Source: the human T2T-CHM13v2.0 reference genome, Homo sapiens. From it: DNA of 64,000 nucleotides. Of this stretch, positions 46,901-63,100 are shown piece after piece. The DNA lies in assembly GCF_009914755.1 (NCBI RefSeq), contig NC_060937.1; one strand, given 5' to 3'. Every line of letters starts with the position of its first letter. Positions within the stretch are counted from its first letter, which is position 1. Under the pieces are notes generated by a model that had not been told where the DNA came from, did no database searches, and saw nothing but the letters and a program-made list of their open reading frames with translations. Both the position numbers and the translations under genes were made by a program.

Positions 46901-49900
46901 CCCAAATATATATTTTATACTGTACATCAAATATCAAAGTTCACAAACTATATATTATATACTGTACATAAAATATCAAAGTACCCAAGGTATATATTCT
47001 ATACTGTACAAAAAATATCAAAGTACCCAAAGCATGTATTATATACTGTAAATAAAATATGAAAGTACATCAAATATATATTTTATTCTGTACATAAAAC
47101 ATCAAAGTACACCAGATATATATTCTATAGTGTACATAAAATATCAAAGTACCCAAACTATACATTATATACTGTACATAAAATATGAAATTACATCAAA
47201 TATATATTATATTAGGTACATAAAATATGAAAGTACATCAAATATAGATTATATACTGTACATAAAATATCTAAGTACCCCAAATATATATTATATACTC
47301 TACATGAAATATCAAAGTTCACAAACTATATATTATATACTGTACATAAAATATCAAAGTACCCAAGGTATATATTCTATACTGTACAAAAAATATCAAA
47401 GTATCCAAAGCATGTATTATATACTGTATATATAATATGAAAGTAAATTAAATATATATTTTATTCTGTACATAAAATATCAAAGTACACCAGATATATA
47501 TTCTATAGTGTAAATAAAATAACAAAGTACAAAAACTATAAATTATATACTGTACATAAAATATGAAATTACATCAAATATATATTAGGTACATAAAATA
47601 TGAAAGTACATCAAATATAGATTATATACTGTACATATAATATCAATGTACCCCTAATATATATTTTACACTCTACATGAAATATCAAAGTTCACAAACC
47701 ATATATTATATACTGTACATAAAATATCAAAGTACCCAAGGTATATATTCTATACTATACAAAAAATATCAAAGTACCCAAAGCATGTATTATATACTAT
47801 ACATAAAATATGAAAATACATCAAATATATATTTTATTCTGTACATAATATATCAAAGTACACCAGATATATATTCTATAGTGTACATAAAATATCAAAG
47901 TACCCAAACTATACATTATATACTGTACATAAAATATGAGATTACATCAAATATATATTATATTAGGTACATAAAATATGAAAGTACATCAGATATAGAT
48001 TATATACTGTACATAAAATATCAAAGTACCCCAAATATATATTATATACTCTACATGAAATATCAAAGTTCACAAACTATATATTATATACTGTACATAA
48101 AATATCAAAGTACCCAAGGTATATATTCTATACTGTACAAAAAACATCAAAGTACCCAAAGCATGCATTATATACTGTACATAAAATATGAAAGTACATC
48201 AAATATATATTTTATTCTGTACATAAAATATCAAAGTACACCAGATATATATTCTATAGTGTACATAAAATAACAAAGTACAAAAACTATACATTATATA
48301 CTGTACATAAAATATGAAATTACATCAAATATATTTTATATTAGGTACATAAAATATGAAAGTACATCAAATATAGATTATATACTGTACATAAAATATC
48401 AAAGTACCCCAAATATATATTATATACTCTACATGAAATATCAAAGTTCACAAACTATATATTATATACTGTACATAAAATATCAAAATACCCAAGGTAT
48501 ATATTCTATACTGTACAAAAAATATCAAAGTACCCAAAGCATGTATTATATACTGTATACAAAATATGAAAATACATTAAATATATATTTTATTCTCTAC
48601 ATAAAATATCAAAGTACACCAGATATGTATTCTATAGTGTACATAAAATAACAAAGTACACAAACTATAAATTATATACTGTACGTAAAATATGAAATTA
48701 CATCAAATATATATTAGGTACATAAAATATGAAAGTACATCAAATATAGATTATATACTGTACATATAATATCAATGTACCCCAAATATATATTTTATAC
48801 TCTACATGAAATATCAAAGTTCACAAACCATACATTATATACTGTACATAAAATATCAAAGTACCCAAGGTATATATTCTATACTGTACGAAAAATATCA
48901 AAGTACCCAAAGCATGTATTATATACTGTACATAAAATATGAAAGTACATCAAATATATATTTCATTCTGTACATAAAATATCAAAGTACACCAGATATA
49001 TATTCTATAGTGTACATAAAATATCAAAGTACCCAAACTATACATTATATAGTGTACATAAAATATGAAATTACATCAAATATATATTATATTAGGTACA
49101 TAAAATATGAAAGTACATCAAATATAGATTATATACTGTACATAAAATATCAAAGTACCCCAAATATATATTATATACTCTACATGAAATATCAAAGTTC
49201 ACAAACTATATATTATATACTGTACATAAAATATCAAAGTACCCAAGGTATATATTCTATACTGTACAAAAAATATCAAAGTATCCAAAGCATGTATTAT
49301 ATACTGTATATATAATATGAAAGTAAATTAAATATATATTTTATTCTGTACATAAAATATCAAAGTACACCAGATATATATTCTATAGTGTAAATAAAAT
49401 AACAAAGTACAAAAACTATAAATTATATACTGTACATAAAATATGAAATTACATCAAATATATATTAGGTACATAAAATATGAAAGTACATCAAATATAG
49501 ATTATATACTGTACATATAATATCAATGTACCCCTAATATATATTTTACACTCTACATGAAATATCAAAGTTCACAAACCATATATTATATACTGTACAT
49601 AAAATATCAAAGTACCCAAGGTATATATTCTATACTATACAAAAAATATCAAAGTACCCAAAGCATGTATTATATACTATACATAAAATATGAAAATACA
49701 TCAAATATATATTTTATTCTGTACATAATATATCAAAGTACACCAGATATATATTCTATAGTGTACATAAAATATCAAAGTACCCAAACTATACATTATA
49801 TACTGTACATAAAATATGAGATTACATCAAATATATATTATATTAGGTACATAAAATATGAAAGTACATCAGATATAGATTATATACTGTACATAAAATA

Positions 49901-52900
49901 TCAAAGTACCCCAAATATATATTATATACTCTACATGAAATATCAAAGTTCACAAACTATATATTATATACTGTACATAAAATATCAAAGTACCCAAGGT
50001 ATATATTCTATACTGTACAAAAAACATCAAAGTACCCAAAGCATGCATTATATACTGTACATAAAATATGAAAGTACATCAAATATATATTTTATTCTGT
50101 ACATAAAATATCAAAGTACACCAGATATATATTCTATAGTGTACATAAAATAACAAAGTACAAAAACTATACATTATATACTGTACATAAAATATGAAAT
50201 TACATCAAATATATTTTATATTAGGTACATAAAATATGAAAGTACATCAAATATAGATTATATACTGTACATAAAATATCAAAGTACCCCAAATATATAT
50301 TATATACTCTACATGAAATATCAAAGTTCACAAACTATATATTATATACTGTACATAAAATATCAAAATACCCAAGGTATATATTCTATACTGTACAAAA
50401 AATATTAAAGTACCCAAAGCATGTATTATATACTGTATACAAAATATGAAAATACATTAAATATATATTTTATTCTGTACATAAAATATCAAAGTACACC
50501 AGATATGTATTCTATAGTGTACATAAAATAACAAAGTACACAAACTATAAATTATATACTGAACGTAAAATATGAAATTACATCAAATATATATTAGGTA
50601 CATAAAATATGAAAGTACATCAAATATAGATTATATACTGTACATATAATATCAATGTACCCCAAATATATATTTTATACTCTACATGAAATATCAAAGT
50701 TCACAAACCATACATTATATACTGTACATAAAATATCAAAGTACCCAAGGTATATATTCTATACTGTATGAAAAATATCAAAGTACCCAAAGCATGTATT
50801 ATATACTGTACATAAAATATGAAAGTACATCAAATATATATTTCATTCTGTACATAAAATATCAAAGTACACCAGATATATATTCTATAGTGTACATAAA
50901 ATATCAAAGTACCCAAACTATACATTATATACTGCACATAAAATATGAAATTCCATCAAATATATATTATATTAGGTACATAAAATATGAAAGTACATCA
51001 AATATAGGTTATATACTGTATATTAAATACCAAAGTACCCCAAATATATATTTTATACTGTACATAAAATATCAAAGTACCCAAGGTATATATTCTATAC
51101 TGTACAAAAAATATCAAAGTACCCAAAGCATGTATTATATACTGTACATAAAATATGAAAGTACATCAAATATATATTTCATTCTGTACATAAAATATCA
51201 AAGTACACCAGATATATATTCTATAGTGTACATAAAATATCAAAGTACCCAAACTATACATTATATACTGTACATAAAATATGAAATTACATCAAATATA
51301 TATTATATTAGGTACATAAAATATGAAAGTACATCAAATATAGGTTATATACTGTATATTAAATACCAAAGTACCCCAAATATATATTTTATACTGTACA
51401 TGAAATATCAAAGTTCACAAACTGTATATTATATACTGTACATAAAATATCAAAGTACCCAAGGTATATATTCTATACTATACAAAAAATATCAAAGTAC
51501 CCAAAGCATGTATTATATACTGTACATAAAATATGAAAGTACATCAAATATATATTTTATTCCGTACATAAAATATCAAAGTACACCAGATATATATTCT
51601 ATAGCGTACATAAAATATCAAAGTACCCAAACTATACATTATATACTATACATAAAATATGAGATTACATCAAATATATATTATATTAGGTACATAAAAT
51701 ATGAAAGTTCATCAAATATAGATTATATACTGTACATTAAATATCAAAGTACCCCAAATATATACTATATACTCTACATGAAATAGGAAAGTTCACAAAC
51801 TATATATTATATACTGTACATAAAATATCAAAGTACCCAAGGTATATATTCTATACTGTACAAAAAATATCAAAGTACCCAAAGCATGTATTATATACTG
51901 TATATAAAATATGAAAATACATTAAATATATATTTTATTCTGTACATGAAATATCAAAGTACACCAGATATATATTCTATAGTGTTGATAAAATAACAAA
52001 GTACACAAACTATAAATTATATACTGTACATAAAATATGAAATTACATCAAATATATATTAGGTACATAAAATATGAAAGTACATCAAATATAGATTATA
52101 TACTGTACATATAATATCAATGTACCCCAAATATATATTTTATACTCTACATGAAATATCAAAGTTCACAAACCATACATTATATACTGTACAAAAAATA
52201 TCAAAGTACCCAAGGTATATATTCTATACTGTACAAAAAATATCAAAGTACCCAAAGCATGTATTATATACTGTACATAAAATATGAAAGTACATCAAAT
52301 ATATATTTTATTCTGTACATAAAATATCAAAGTACACCAGATATATATTATATAGTGTACATAAAATATCAAAGTACCCAAACTATACATTATATACTGT
52401 ACATAAAATATGAAATTACATCAAATATATATTAGGTACATAAAATATGAAAGTACATCAAATATAGATTATATACTGTACATAAAATATCAAAGTACAC
52501 CAAATACATATTATATACTGTACATGAAATATCAAAGTTCACAAACTATATATTATATACTGTACATAAAATATCAAAGTACCCAGGTATATATTCTATA
52601 CTGTACAAAAAATATCAAAGTACCCAAAGCATGTATTATATACTGTACATAAAATATGAAAGTACATCAAATATATATTTTATTCTGTACATAAAATATC
52701 AAAGTACACCAGATATATATTCTATAATGTACATAAAATAACAAAGTACACAAACTATAAATTATATACTGTACATAAAATATGAAATTACATCAAATAT
52801 ATATTAGGTACATAAAATATGAAAGTATATCAAATATAGATTATATACTGTACATATAATATCAATGTACACCAAATATATATTTTATACTCTACATGAA

Positions 52901-55900
52901 ATATCAAAGTTCACAAACCATATATTATATACTGTACATAAAATATCAAAGTACACAAGGTATATATTCTATACTGTACAAAAAATATCAAAGTACCCAA
53001 AGCATGTATTATATACTGTACATAAAATATGAAAGTACATCAAATATATATTTTATTCTGTACATAAAATATCAAAGTACACCAGATATATATTCTATAG
53101 TGTACATAAAATATCAAAGTACCCAAACTATACATTATATACTATACATAAAATATGAAATTACATCAAATATATATTATATTAGGTACATAAAATATGA
53201 AAGCACATCAAATATAGATTATATACTGTACATTAAATACCAAAATACCCCAAATATATATTTTATACTGTACATCAAATATCAAAGTTCACAAACTATA
53301 TATTATATACTGTACATAAAATATCAAAGTACCCAAGGTATATATTCTATACTGTACAAAAAATATCAAAGTACCCAAAGCATGTATTATATACTGTACA
53401 TAAAATATGAAAGTACATCAAATATATATTTTATTCTGTACATAAAACATCAAAGTACACCAGATATATATTCTATAGTGTACATAAAATATCAAAGTAC
53501 CCAAACTATACATTATATACTGTACATAAAATATGAAATTACATCAAATATATATTATATTAGGTACATAAAATATGAAAGTACATCAAATATAGATTAT
53601 ATACTGTACATAAAATATCTAAGTACCCCAAATATATATTATATACTCTACATGAAATATCAAAGTTCACAAACTATATATTATATACTGTACATAAAAT
53701 ATCAAAGTACCCAAGGTATATATTCTATACTGTACAAAAAATATCAAAGTATCCAAAGCATGTATTATATACTGTATATATAATATGAAAGTAAATTAAA
53801 TATATATTTTATTCTGTACATAAAATATCAAAGTACACCAGATATATATTCTATGGTGTAAATAAAATAACAAAGTACAAAAACTATAAATTATATACTG
53901 TACATAAAATATGAAATTACATCAAATATATATTAGGTACATAAAATATGAAAGTACATCAAATATAGATTATATACTGTACATATAATATCAATGTACC
54001 CCAAATATATATTTTACACTCTACATGAAATATCAAAGTTCACAAACCATATATTATATACTGTACATAAAATATCAAAGTACCCAAGGTATATATTCTA
54101 TACTATACAAAAAATATCAAAGTACCCAAAGCATGTATTATATACTATACATAAAATATGAAAATACATCAAATATATATTTTATTCTGTACATAATATA
54201 TCAAAGTACACCAGATATATATTCTATAGTGTACATAAAATATCAAAGTACCCAAACTATACATTATATACTGTACATAAAATATGAGATTACATCAAAT
54301 ATATATTATATTAGGTACATAAAATATGAAAGAACATCAGATATAGATTATATACTGTACATAAAATATCAAAGTACGCCAAATATATATTATATACTCT
54401 ACATGAAATATCAAAGTTCACAAACTATGTATTATATACTGTACATAAAATATCAAAGTACCCAAGGTATATATTCTGTACTGTACAAAAAACATCAAAG
54501 TACCCAAAGCATGCATTATATACTGTACATAAAATATGAAAGTACATCAAATATATATTTTATTCTGTACATAAAATATCAAAGTACACCAGATATATAT
54601 TCTATAGTGTACATAAAATAACAAAGTACAAAAACTATACATTATATACTGTACATAAAATATGAAATTACATCAAATATATTTTATATTAGGTACATAA
54701 AATATGAAAGTACATCAAATATAGATTATATACTGTACATAAAATATCAAAGTACCCCAAATATATATTATATACTCTACATGAAATATCAAAGTTCAGA
54801 AACTATATATTATATACTGTACATAAAATATCAAAGTACCCAAGGTATATATTCTATACTGTACAAAAAATATCAAAGTACCCAAAGCATGTATTATATA
54901 CTGTATACAAAATATGAAAATACATTAAATATATATTTTATTCTGTACATAAAATATCAAAGTACACCAGATATGTATTCTATAGTGTACATAAAATAAC
55001 AAAGTACACAAACTATAAATTATATACTGTACGTAAAATATGAAATTACATCAAATATATATTAGGTACATAAAATATGAAAGCACATCAAATATAGATT
55101 ATATACTGTACATATAATATCAATGTACCATAAATATATATTTTATACTCTACATGAAATATCAAAGTTCACAAACCATACATTATATACTGTACATAAA
55201 ATATCTAAGTACCCAAGTTATATATTCTATACTGTACGAAAAATATCAAAGTACCCAAAGCATGTATTATATACTGTACATAAAATATGAAAGTACATCA
55301 AATATATATTTCATTCTGTACATAAAATATCAAAGTACACCAGATATATATTCTATAGTGTACATAAAATATCAAAGTACCCAAACTATACATTATATAC
55401 TGTACATAAAATATGAAATTCCATCAAATATATATTATATTAGGTACATAAAATATGAAAGTACATCAAATATAGGTTATATACTGTATATTAAATACCA
55501 AAGTACCCCAAATATATATTTTATACTGTACATAAAATATCAAAGTACCCAAGGTATATATTCTATACTGTACAAAAAATATCAAAGTACCCAAAGCATG
55601 TATTATATACTGTACATAAAATATGAAAGTACATCAAATATATATTTCATTCTGTACATAAAATATCAAAGTACACCAGATATATATTCTATAGTGTACA
55701 TAAAATATCAAAGTAACCAAACTATACATTATATACTGTACATAAAATATGAAATTACATCAAATATATATTATATTAGGTACATAAAATATGAAAGTAC
55801 ATCAAATATAGGTTATATACTGTATATTAAATACCAAAGTACCCCAAATATATATTTTATACTGTACATGAAATATCAAAGTTCACAAACTGTATATTAT

Positions 55901-57100
55901 ATACTGTGCATAAAATATCAAAGTACCCAAGGTATATATTCTATACTATACAAAAAATATCAAAGTACCCAAAGCATGTATTATATACTGTACATAAAAT
56001 ATGAAAGTACATCAAATATATATTTTATTCCGTACATAAAATATCAAAGTACACCAGATATATATTCTATAGCGTACATAAAATATCAAAGTACCCAAAC
56101 TATACATTATATACTATACATAAAATATGAGATTACATCAAATATATATTATATTAGGTACATAAAATATGAAAGTTCATCAAATAGAGATTATATACTG
56201 TACATTAAATATCAAAGTACCCCAAATATATACTATATACTCTACATGAAATAGGAAAGTTCACAAACTATATATTATATACTGTACATAAAATATCAAA
56301 GTACCCAAGGTATATATTCTATACTGTACAAAAAATATCAAAGTACCCAAAGCATGTATTATATACTGTATATAAAATATGAAAATACATTAAATATATA
56401 TTTTATTCTGTACATGAAATATCAAAGTACACCAGATATATATTCTATAGTGTACATAAAATAACAAAGTACACAAACTATAAATTATATACTGTACATA
56501 AAATATGAAATTACATCAAATATATATTAGGTACATAAAATATGAAAGTACATCAAATATAGATTATATACTGTACATATAATATCAATGTACCCCAAAT
56601 ATATATTTTATACTCTACATGAAATATCAAAGTTCATAAACCATACATTATATACTGTAGATAAAATATCAAAGTACCCAAGGTATATATCCTATACTGT
56701 ACAAAAAATATCAAAGTACCCAAAGCATGTATTATATACTGTACATAAAATATGAAAGTACATCAAATATATATTTTATTCTGTACATAAAATATCAAAG
56801 TACACCAGATATATATTATATAGTGTACATAAAATATCAAAGTACCCAAACTATACATTATATACTGTACATAAAATATGAAATTACATCAAATATATAT
56901 TAGGTACATAAAATATGAAAGTACATCAAATATAGATTATATACTGTACATAAAATATCAAAGTACCCCAAATATATATTATATACTGTACATGAAATAT
57001 CAAAGTTCACAAACTATATATTATATAGTGTATATAAAATATCAAAGTACCCAGGTATATATTCTATACTGTACAAAAAATATCAAAGTACCCAAAGCAT
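43900..57100 (+). repeat. Variant domain C: 4468-bp (107-monomer) super-repeat with shortened copies
   Basis: Markers are TTTTACACTC, ATAGGTTAT (M8), ATTTCATTC (M4), ATTCCATC (M7), the 1-bp deletion ACCCAGGTAT, and AAGTAAATTAAAT. GCATGC sites at 44486, 48161, 50041 and 54509 are spaced 3675, 1880 and 4468. Confidence 0.8.
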
Positions 57101-60100
57101 GTATTATCTACTGTACATAAAATATGAAAGTACATCAAATATATATTTTATTCTGTACATAAAATATCAAAGTACACCAGATATATATTCTATAGTGTAC
57201 ATAAAATATCAAAGTACCCAAACTATACATTATATACTGTACATAAAATATGAAATTACATCAAATATATTTTATATTAGGTACATAAAATATGAAAGTA
57301 CATCAAATATAGATTATATACTGTACATTAAATACCAATGTACCCCAAATATATGTTTTATACTGTACATAAAATATCAAAGTTCACACACTATATATTA
57401 TATACTCTACATAAAATATCAAAGTACCCAAGTTATATATTCTATACTGTACAAAAAATATCAAAGTTCCCAAATCATGTATTATAAACTGTACATAAAA
57501 TATGAAAGTACATCAAATATATATTTTATTCTGTACATAAAATATGAAAGTACACCAGATATATATTCTATAGTGTACATAAAATATCAAAGTACCAAAA
57601 CTATACATTATATACTGTACATAAAATATGAAATTACATCAAATATATATTATATTAGGTACATAAAATATGAAAGTACATCAAATATAGATTATATACT
57701 GTACATAAAATATCAAAGTACCCCAAATATATATTATATACTCTACATGAAATATCAAAGTTCACAAACTATATATTATATACTGTACATAAAATATCAA
57801 AGTACCCAAGGTATATATTCTATACTGCACAAAAAATATCAAAGTACCCAAAGCATGTATTGTATACTGTATATAAAATATGAAAGTACATCAAATATAT
57901 ATTTTATTCTGTACATAAAATATCAGAGTACACCAGATATATATTCTATAGTGTACATAAAATAACAAAGTACACAAACTATAAATTATATACTGTACAT
58001 AAAATATGAAATTACATCAAATATATATTAGGTACATAAAATATGAAAGTACATCAAATATAGATTATATACTGTACATAAAATATCAATGTACCCCAAA
58101 TATATATTTTATACTCTACATGAAATATCAAAGTTCACAAACCATATATTATATACTGTACATAAAATATCAAAGTACCCAAGGTATGTATTCTATACTG
58201 TACAAAAAATATCAAAGTACGCAAAGCATGTATTATATACTGTACATAAAATATGAAAGTACATCAAAGATATATTTTATTCTGTACATAAAATATCAAG
58301 GTACACCAGATATATATTCTATAGTGTACATAAAATAGCAAAGTACACAAACTATAAATTATATACTGTACATAAAATATGAAATTACATCAAATATATA
58401 TTAGGTACATAAAATATGAAAGTACATCAAATATAGATTATATACTGTACATAAAATATCAATGTACCCCAAATATATATTTTATACTCTACATGAAATA
58501 TCAAAGTTCACAAACCATATATTGTATACAGTACATAAAATATCAAAGTACACAAGGTATATATTCTATACTGTACAAAAAATATCAAAATACCCAAAGC
58601 ATGTATTATATACCGTACATAAAATATGAAAGTACATCAAATATATATTTTATTCTGTACATAAAATATCAAAGTACACCAGATATATATTCTATAGAGT
58701 ACATAAAATATCAAAATACCCAAACTATACATTATATACTGTACATAAAATATGAAATTACATCAAATATATATTATATTAGGTACATAAAATATGAAAG
58801 TACATCAAATATAGATTATATACTGTACATTAAATACCAAAGTACCCCAAATATATATTTTATACTGTACATGAAATATCAAATTTCACACACTATATAT
58901 TATATACTGTACATAAAATATCAAAGTACCCAAGGTATATATTCTATACTGTACAAAAAATATCAAAGTACCCAAAGCATGTATTATATACTGTATATAA
59001 AATATGAAAGTACATCAAATATATATTTTATTCTGTACATAAAATATCAAAGTACAACAGATATATATTCTATAGTGTACATAAAATAACAAAGTACACA
59101 AACTATAAATTATATACTGTACATAAAATATCAAAGTACACCAAATATATATTATATACTCTACATAAAATATCAAAGTTCACAAACTATATATTATATA
59201 CTGTACATAAAATAACAAAGTACCCAAGGTATATATTCTATACTGTACGAAAAATATCAAAGTACCCAAAGCATGTATTATATACTGTACATAAAATATG
59301 AAAGTACATCAAATATATATTTAATTCTGTACATAAAATATCAAAGTACACCAGATATATATTCTAAAGTGTACATAAAATTTCAAAGTACCCAAACTAT
59401 ACATTATATACTGTACATAAAATATGAAATTACATCAAATATATATTAGGTACATAAAATATGAAGGTACATCAAATATAGATTATATACTGTACATAAA
59501 ATATCAAAGTACCCCAAATATATATTATATACTGTACATGAAATATCAAAGTTCACAAACTATATATTATATACTGTACATAAAATATCAAAGTACCCAA
59601 GGTATATATTCTATACTGTACAAAAAATATCAAAGTACCCAAAGCATGTATTATATACTGTACATAAAATATGAAAGTACATCAAATATATATTTTATTC
59701 TGTACATAAAATATCAAAGTACACCAGATATATATTCTATAGTGTACATAAAATATCAAAGTACCCAAACTATACATTATATACTGTACATAAAATATGA
59801 AATTACATCAAATATATATTATATTAGGTACATAAAATATGAAAGTACTTCAAATATAGATTATATACAGTACATTAAATACCAAAGTACCTCAAATACA
59901 TATTTTATACTGTACATGAAATATCAAAGTTCACAAACTATATAGTATATACTGTACATAAAATATCAAAGTACCCAAGGTATATATTCTATACTGTACA
60001 AAAAATATCAAAGTACCCAAAGCATGTATTATATACTGTATATAAAATATGAAAGTACATCAAATATATATTTTATTCTGTACATAAAATATCAAAGTAT

Positions 60101-63100
60101 ACCAGATATATATTCTATAGTGTACATAAAATATCAAAGTACCCAAACTATACATTATATACTGTACATAAAATATGAAATTACATCAAAGATATATTAG
60201 GTACATAAAATATGAAAGTACATCAAATATAGATTATATACTGTACATAAAATATCAAAGTACCCGAAATATATAATATACTGTACATGAAATATCAAAG
60301 TTCACAAACTATATATTATATACTGTACATAAAATATCAAAGTACCCAAGGTATATATTCTATACTGTACAAAAAATATCAAAGTACCCAAAGCATGTAT
60401 TATATACTGTACATAATATATGAAAGTACATCAAATATATATTTTATTCTGTACATAAAATATCAAAGCACACCAGATATATATTCTATAGTGTACATAA
60501 AATAACAAAGTACACAAACTATACATTATATACTGTAAATAAAATATGAAATTACATCAAATATATTTTATATTAGGTACATAAAATATGAAAGTACATC
60601 AAATATATATTTTATTCTGTACATAAAATATCAAAGTTCACCAGATATATATTCTATAGTGTACATAAAATATCAAAGTACCCAAACTATACATTATATA
60701 CTGTACATAAAATATGAAATTACATCAAATATATTTTATATTAGGTACATAAAATATGAAAGCACATCAAATATAGATTATATACTGTACATTAAATACC
60801 AAAGTACCCCAAATATATATTTTATACTGTACATGAAATATCAAAATACACAAACTATATATTATATACTGTACATAAAATATCAAAGTACCCAAGGTAT
60901 ATATTCTATACTGTACAAAAAATAACAAAGTACCAAAAGCATGTATAATATACTGTACATAAAATATGAAAGTACATCAAATATATATTTTATTCTGTAC
61001 ATAAAATATCAAAGTACACCAGATATATATTCTATAGTGTACATAAAATATCAAAGTACCCAAACTATACATTATATACTGTACATAAAATATGAAATTA
61101 CATCAAATATATTTTATATTAGGTACATAAAATATGAAAGTACATCAAATATAGATTATATACTGTATATTAAATACCAAAGTACCCCAAATATATATTT
61201 TATACTGTACATGAAATATCAAAATACACTAACTATATATTATCTACTGTACATTAAATATCAAAGTACCCAAGGTATATATTCTATACTGTAGAAAAAA
61301 TAAGAAAGTACCAAAAGCATGTATAATATACTGTACATAAAATATGAAAGTACATCAAATATATATTTTATTCTGTACATAAAATATCAAAGTACACCAG
61401 ATATATATTCTATAGTGTACATAAAATATCAAAGTACCCAAACTATAAATTATATACTGTACATAAAATATGAAATTACATCAAATATATATTATATTAG
61501 GTACATAAATTATGAAAGTAGATCAAATATAGATTATATACTGTACATTAAATATCAAAGTACCCCAAATATATATTTTATACTGTACATGAAATATCAA
61601 AGTTCACAAACTATATATTATATACTGTACATAAAATATCAAAGTACCCAAGGTATATATTCTATAGTGTACAAAAAATATCAAATTACCAAAAGCATGT
61701 ATTATATACTGTACATAAAATATGAATGTACATCAAATATATATTTTATTCTGTACATAAAATATGAAAGTACACCAGATATATATTCTATAGTGTACAT
61801 AAAATATCAAAGTACCCAAACTATACATTATATACTGTACATAAAATATGAAATTACATCAAATATATATTATATTAGGTACATAAAATATGAAAGTACA
61901 TCAAATATAGATTATACACTGTACATTAAATATCAAAGTACGCCAAATATATATTATATACTGTACATGAAATATCAAAGTTCACAAACTATATATTATA
62001 TACTGTACATAAAATATCAAAGTACCCAAGGTATATATTCTATACTGTACAAAAAGTGTCAAAGTACCCAAAGCATGTATTATATACTGTATATAAAATA
62101 TGAATGTACATCAAATATATATTTTATTCTGTACAGAAAATATCAAAGTACACCAGATATATATTCTATAGTGTACATAAAATAACAAAATACACAAACT
62201 ATAAATTATATACTGTACATAAAATATGAAATTACATCAAATATATATTAGGTACATAAAATATGAAAGTACATCAAATATAGATTCTATACTGTACATA
62301 TAATATCAATGTACCCTAAATATATATTTTATACTCTACATGAAATATCAAAGTTCACAAACCATATATTATATACTGTACATAAAATGTCAAAGTACCC
62401 AAGGTATATATTCTATACTGTACAAATAATATCAAAGTACCAAAAGCATGTATTATATACTGTACATAAAATATGAAATTACATCAAATATATATTTTAT
62501 TCTGTACATAAAATATCAAAGTACACCAGATATATAATCTATAGTGTACATAAAATATCAAAGTTCCCAAACTATACATTATATAATGTACATAAAATAT
62601 GAAATTACATCAAATATATATTAGGTACATAAAATATGAAAGTACATCAAATATAGATTATATACTGTACAATAAATACCAAAGTACCCCAAATATATAT
62701 TTTATACTGTACATGAAATATCAAAGTTCACAAACTACATATTATATACTGTACATATAATATCAAAGTACCCGAGGTATATATTCTATACTGTACAAAA
62801 AATAATAAAGTACCAAAAGCATGTAATATATACTGTACCTAAAATATGAAAGTACATCAAATATATATTTTATTCTTTACATAAAATATCAAAGTACACC
62901 AGATATATATTCTATAGTGTACATAAAATATCAAAGTACCCAAACTATACATTATATACTGTACATAAAATATGAAATTACATCAAATATATATTAGGTA
63001 CATAAAATATGAAAGTACATCAAATATAGATTATATACTGTACATAAAATATCAAAGTACCCCAAATATATATTATATACTGTACATGAAATATCAGAGT

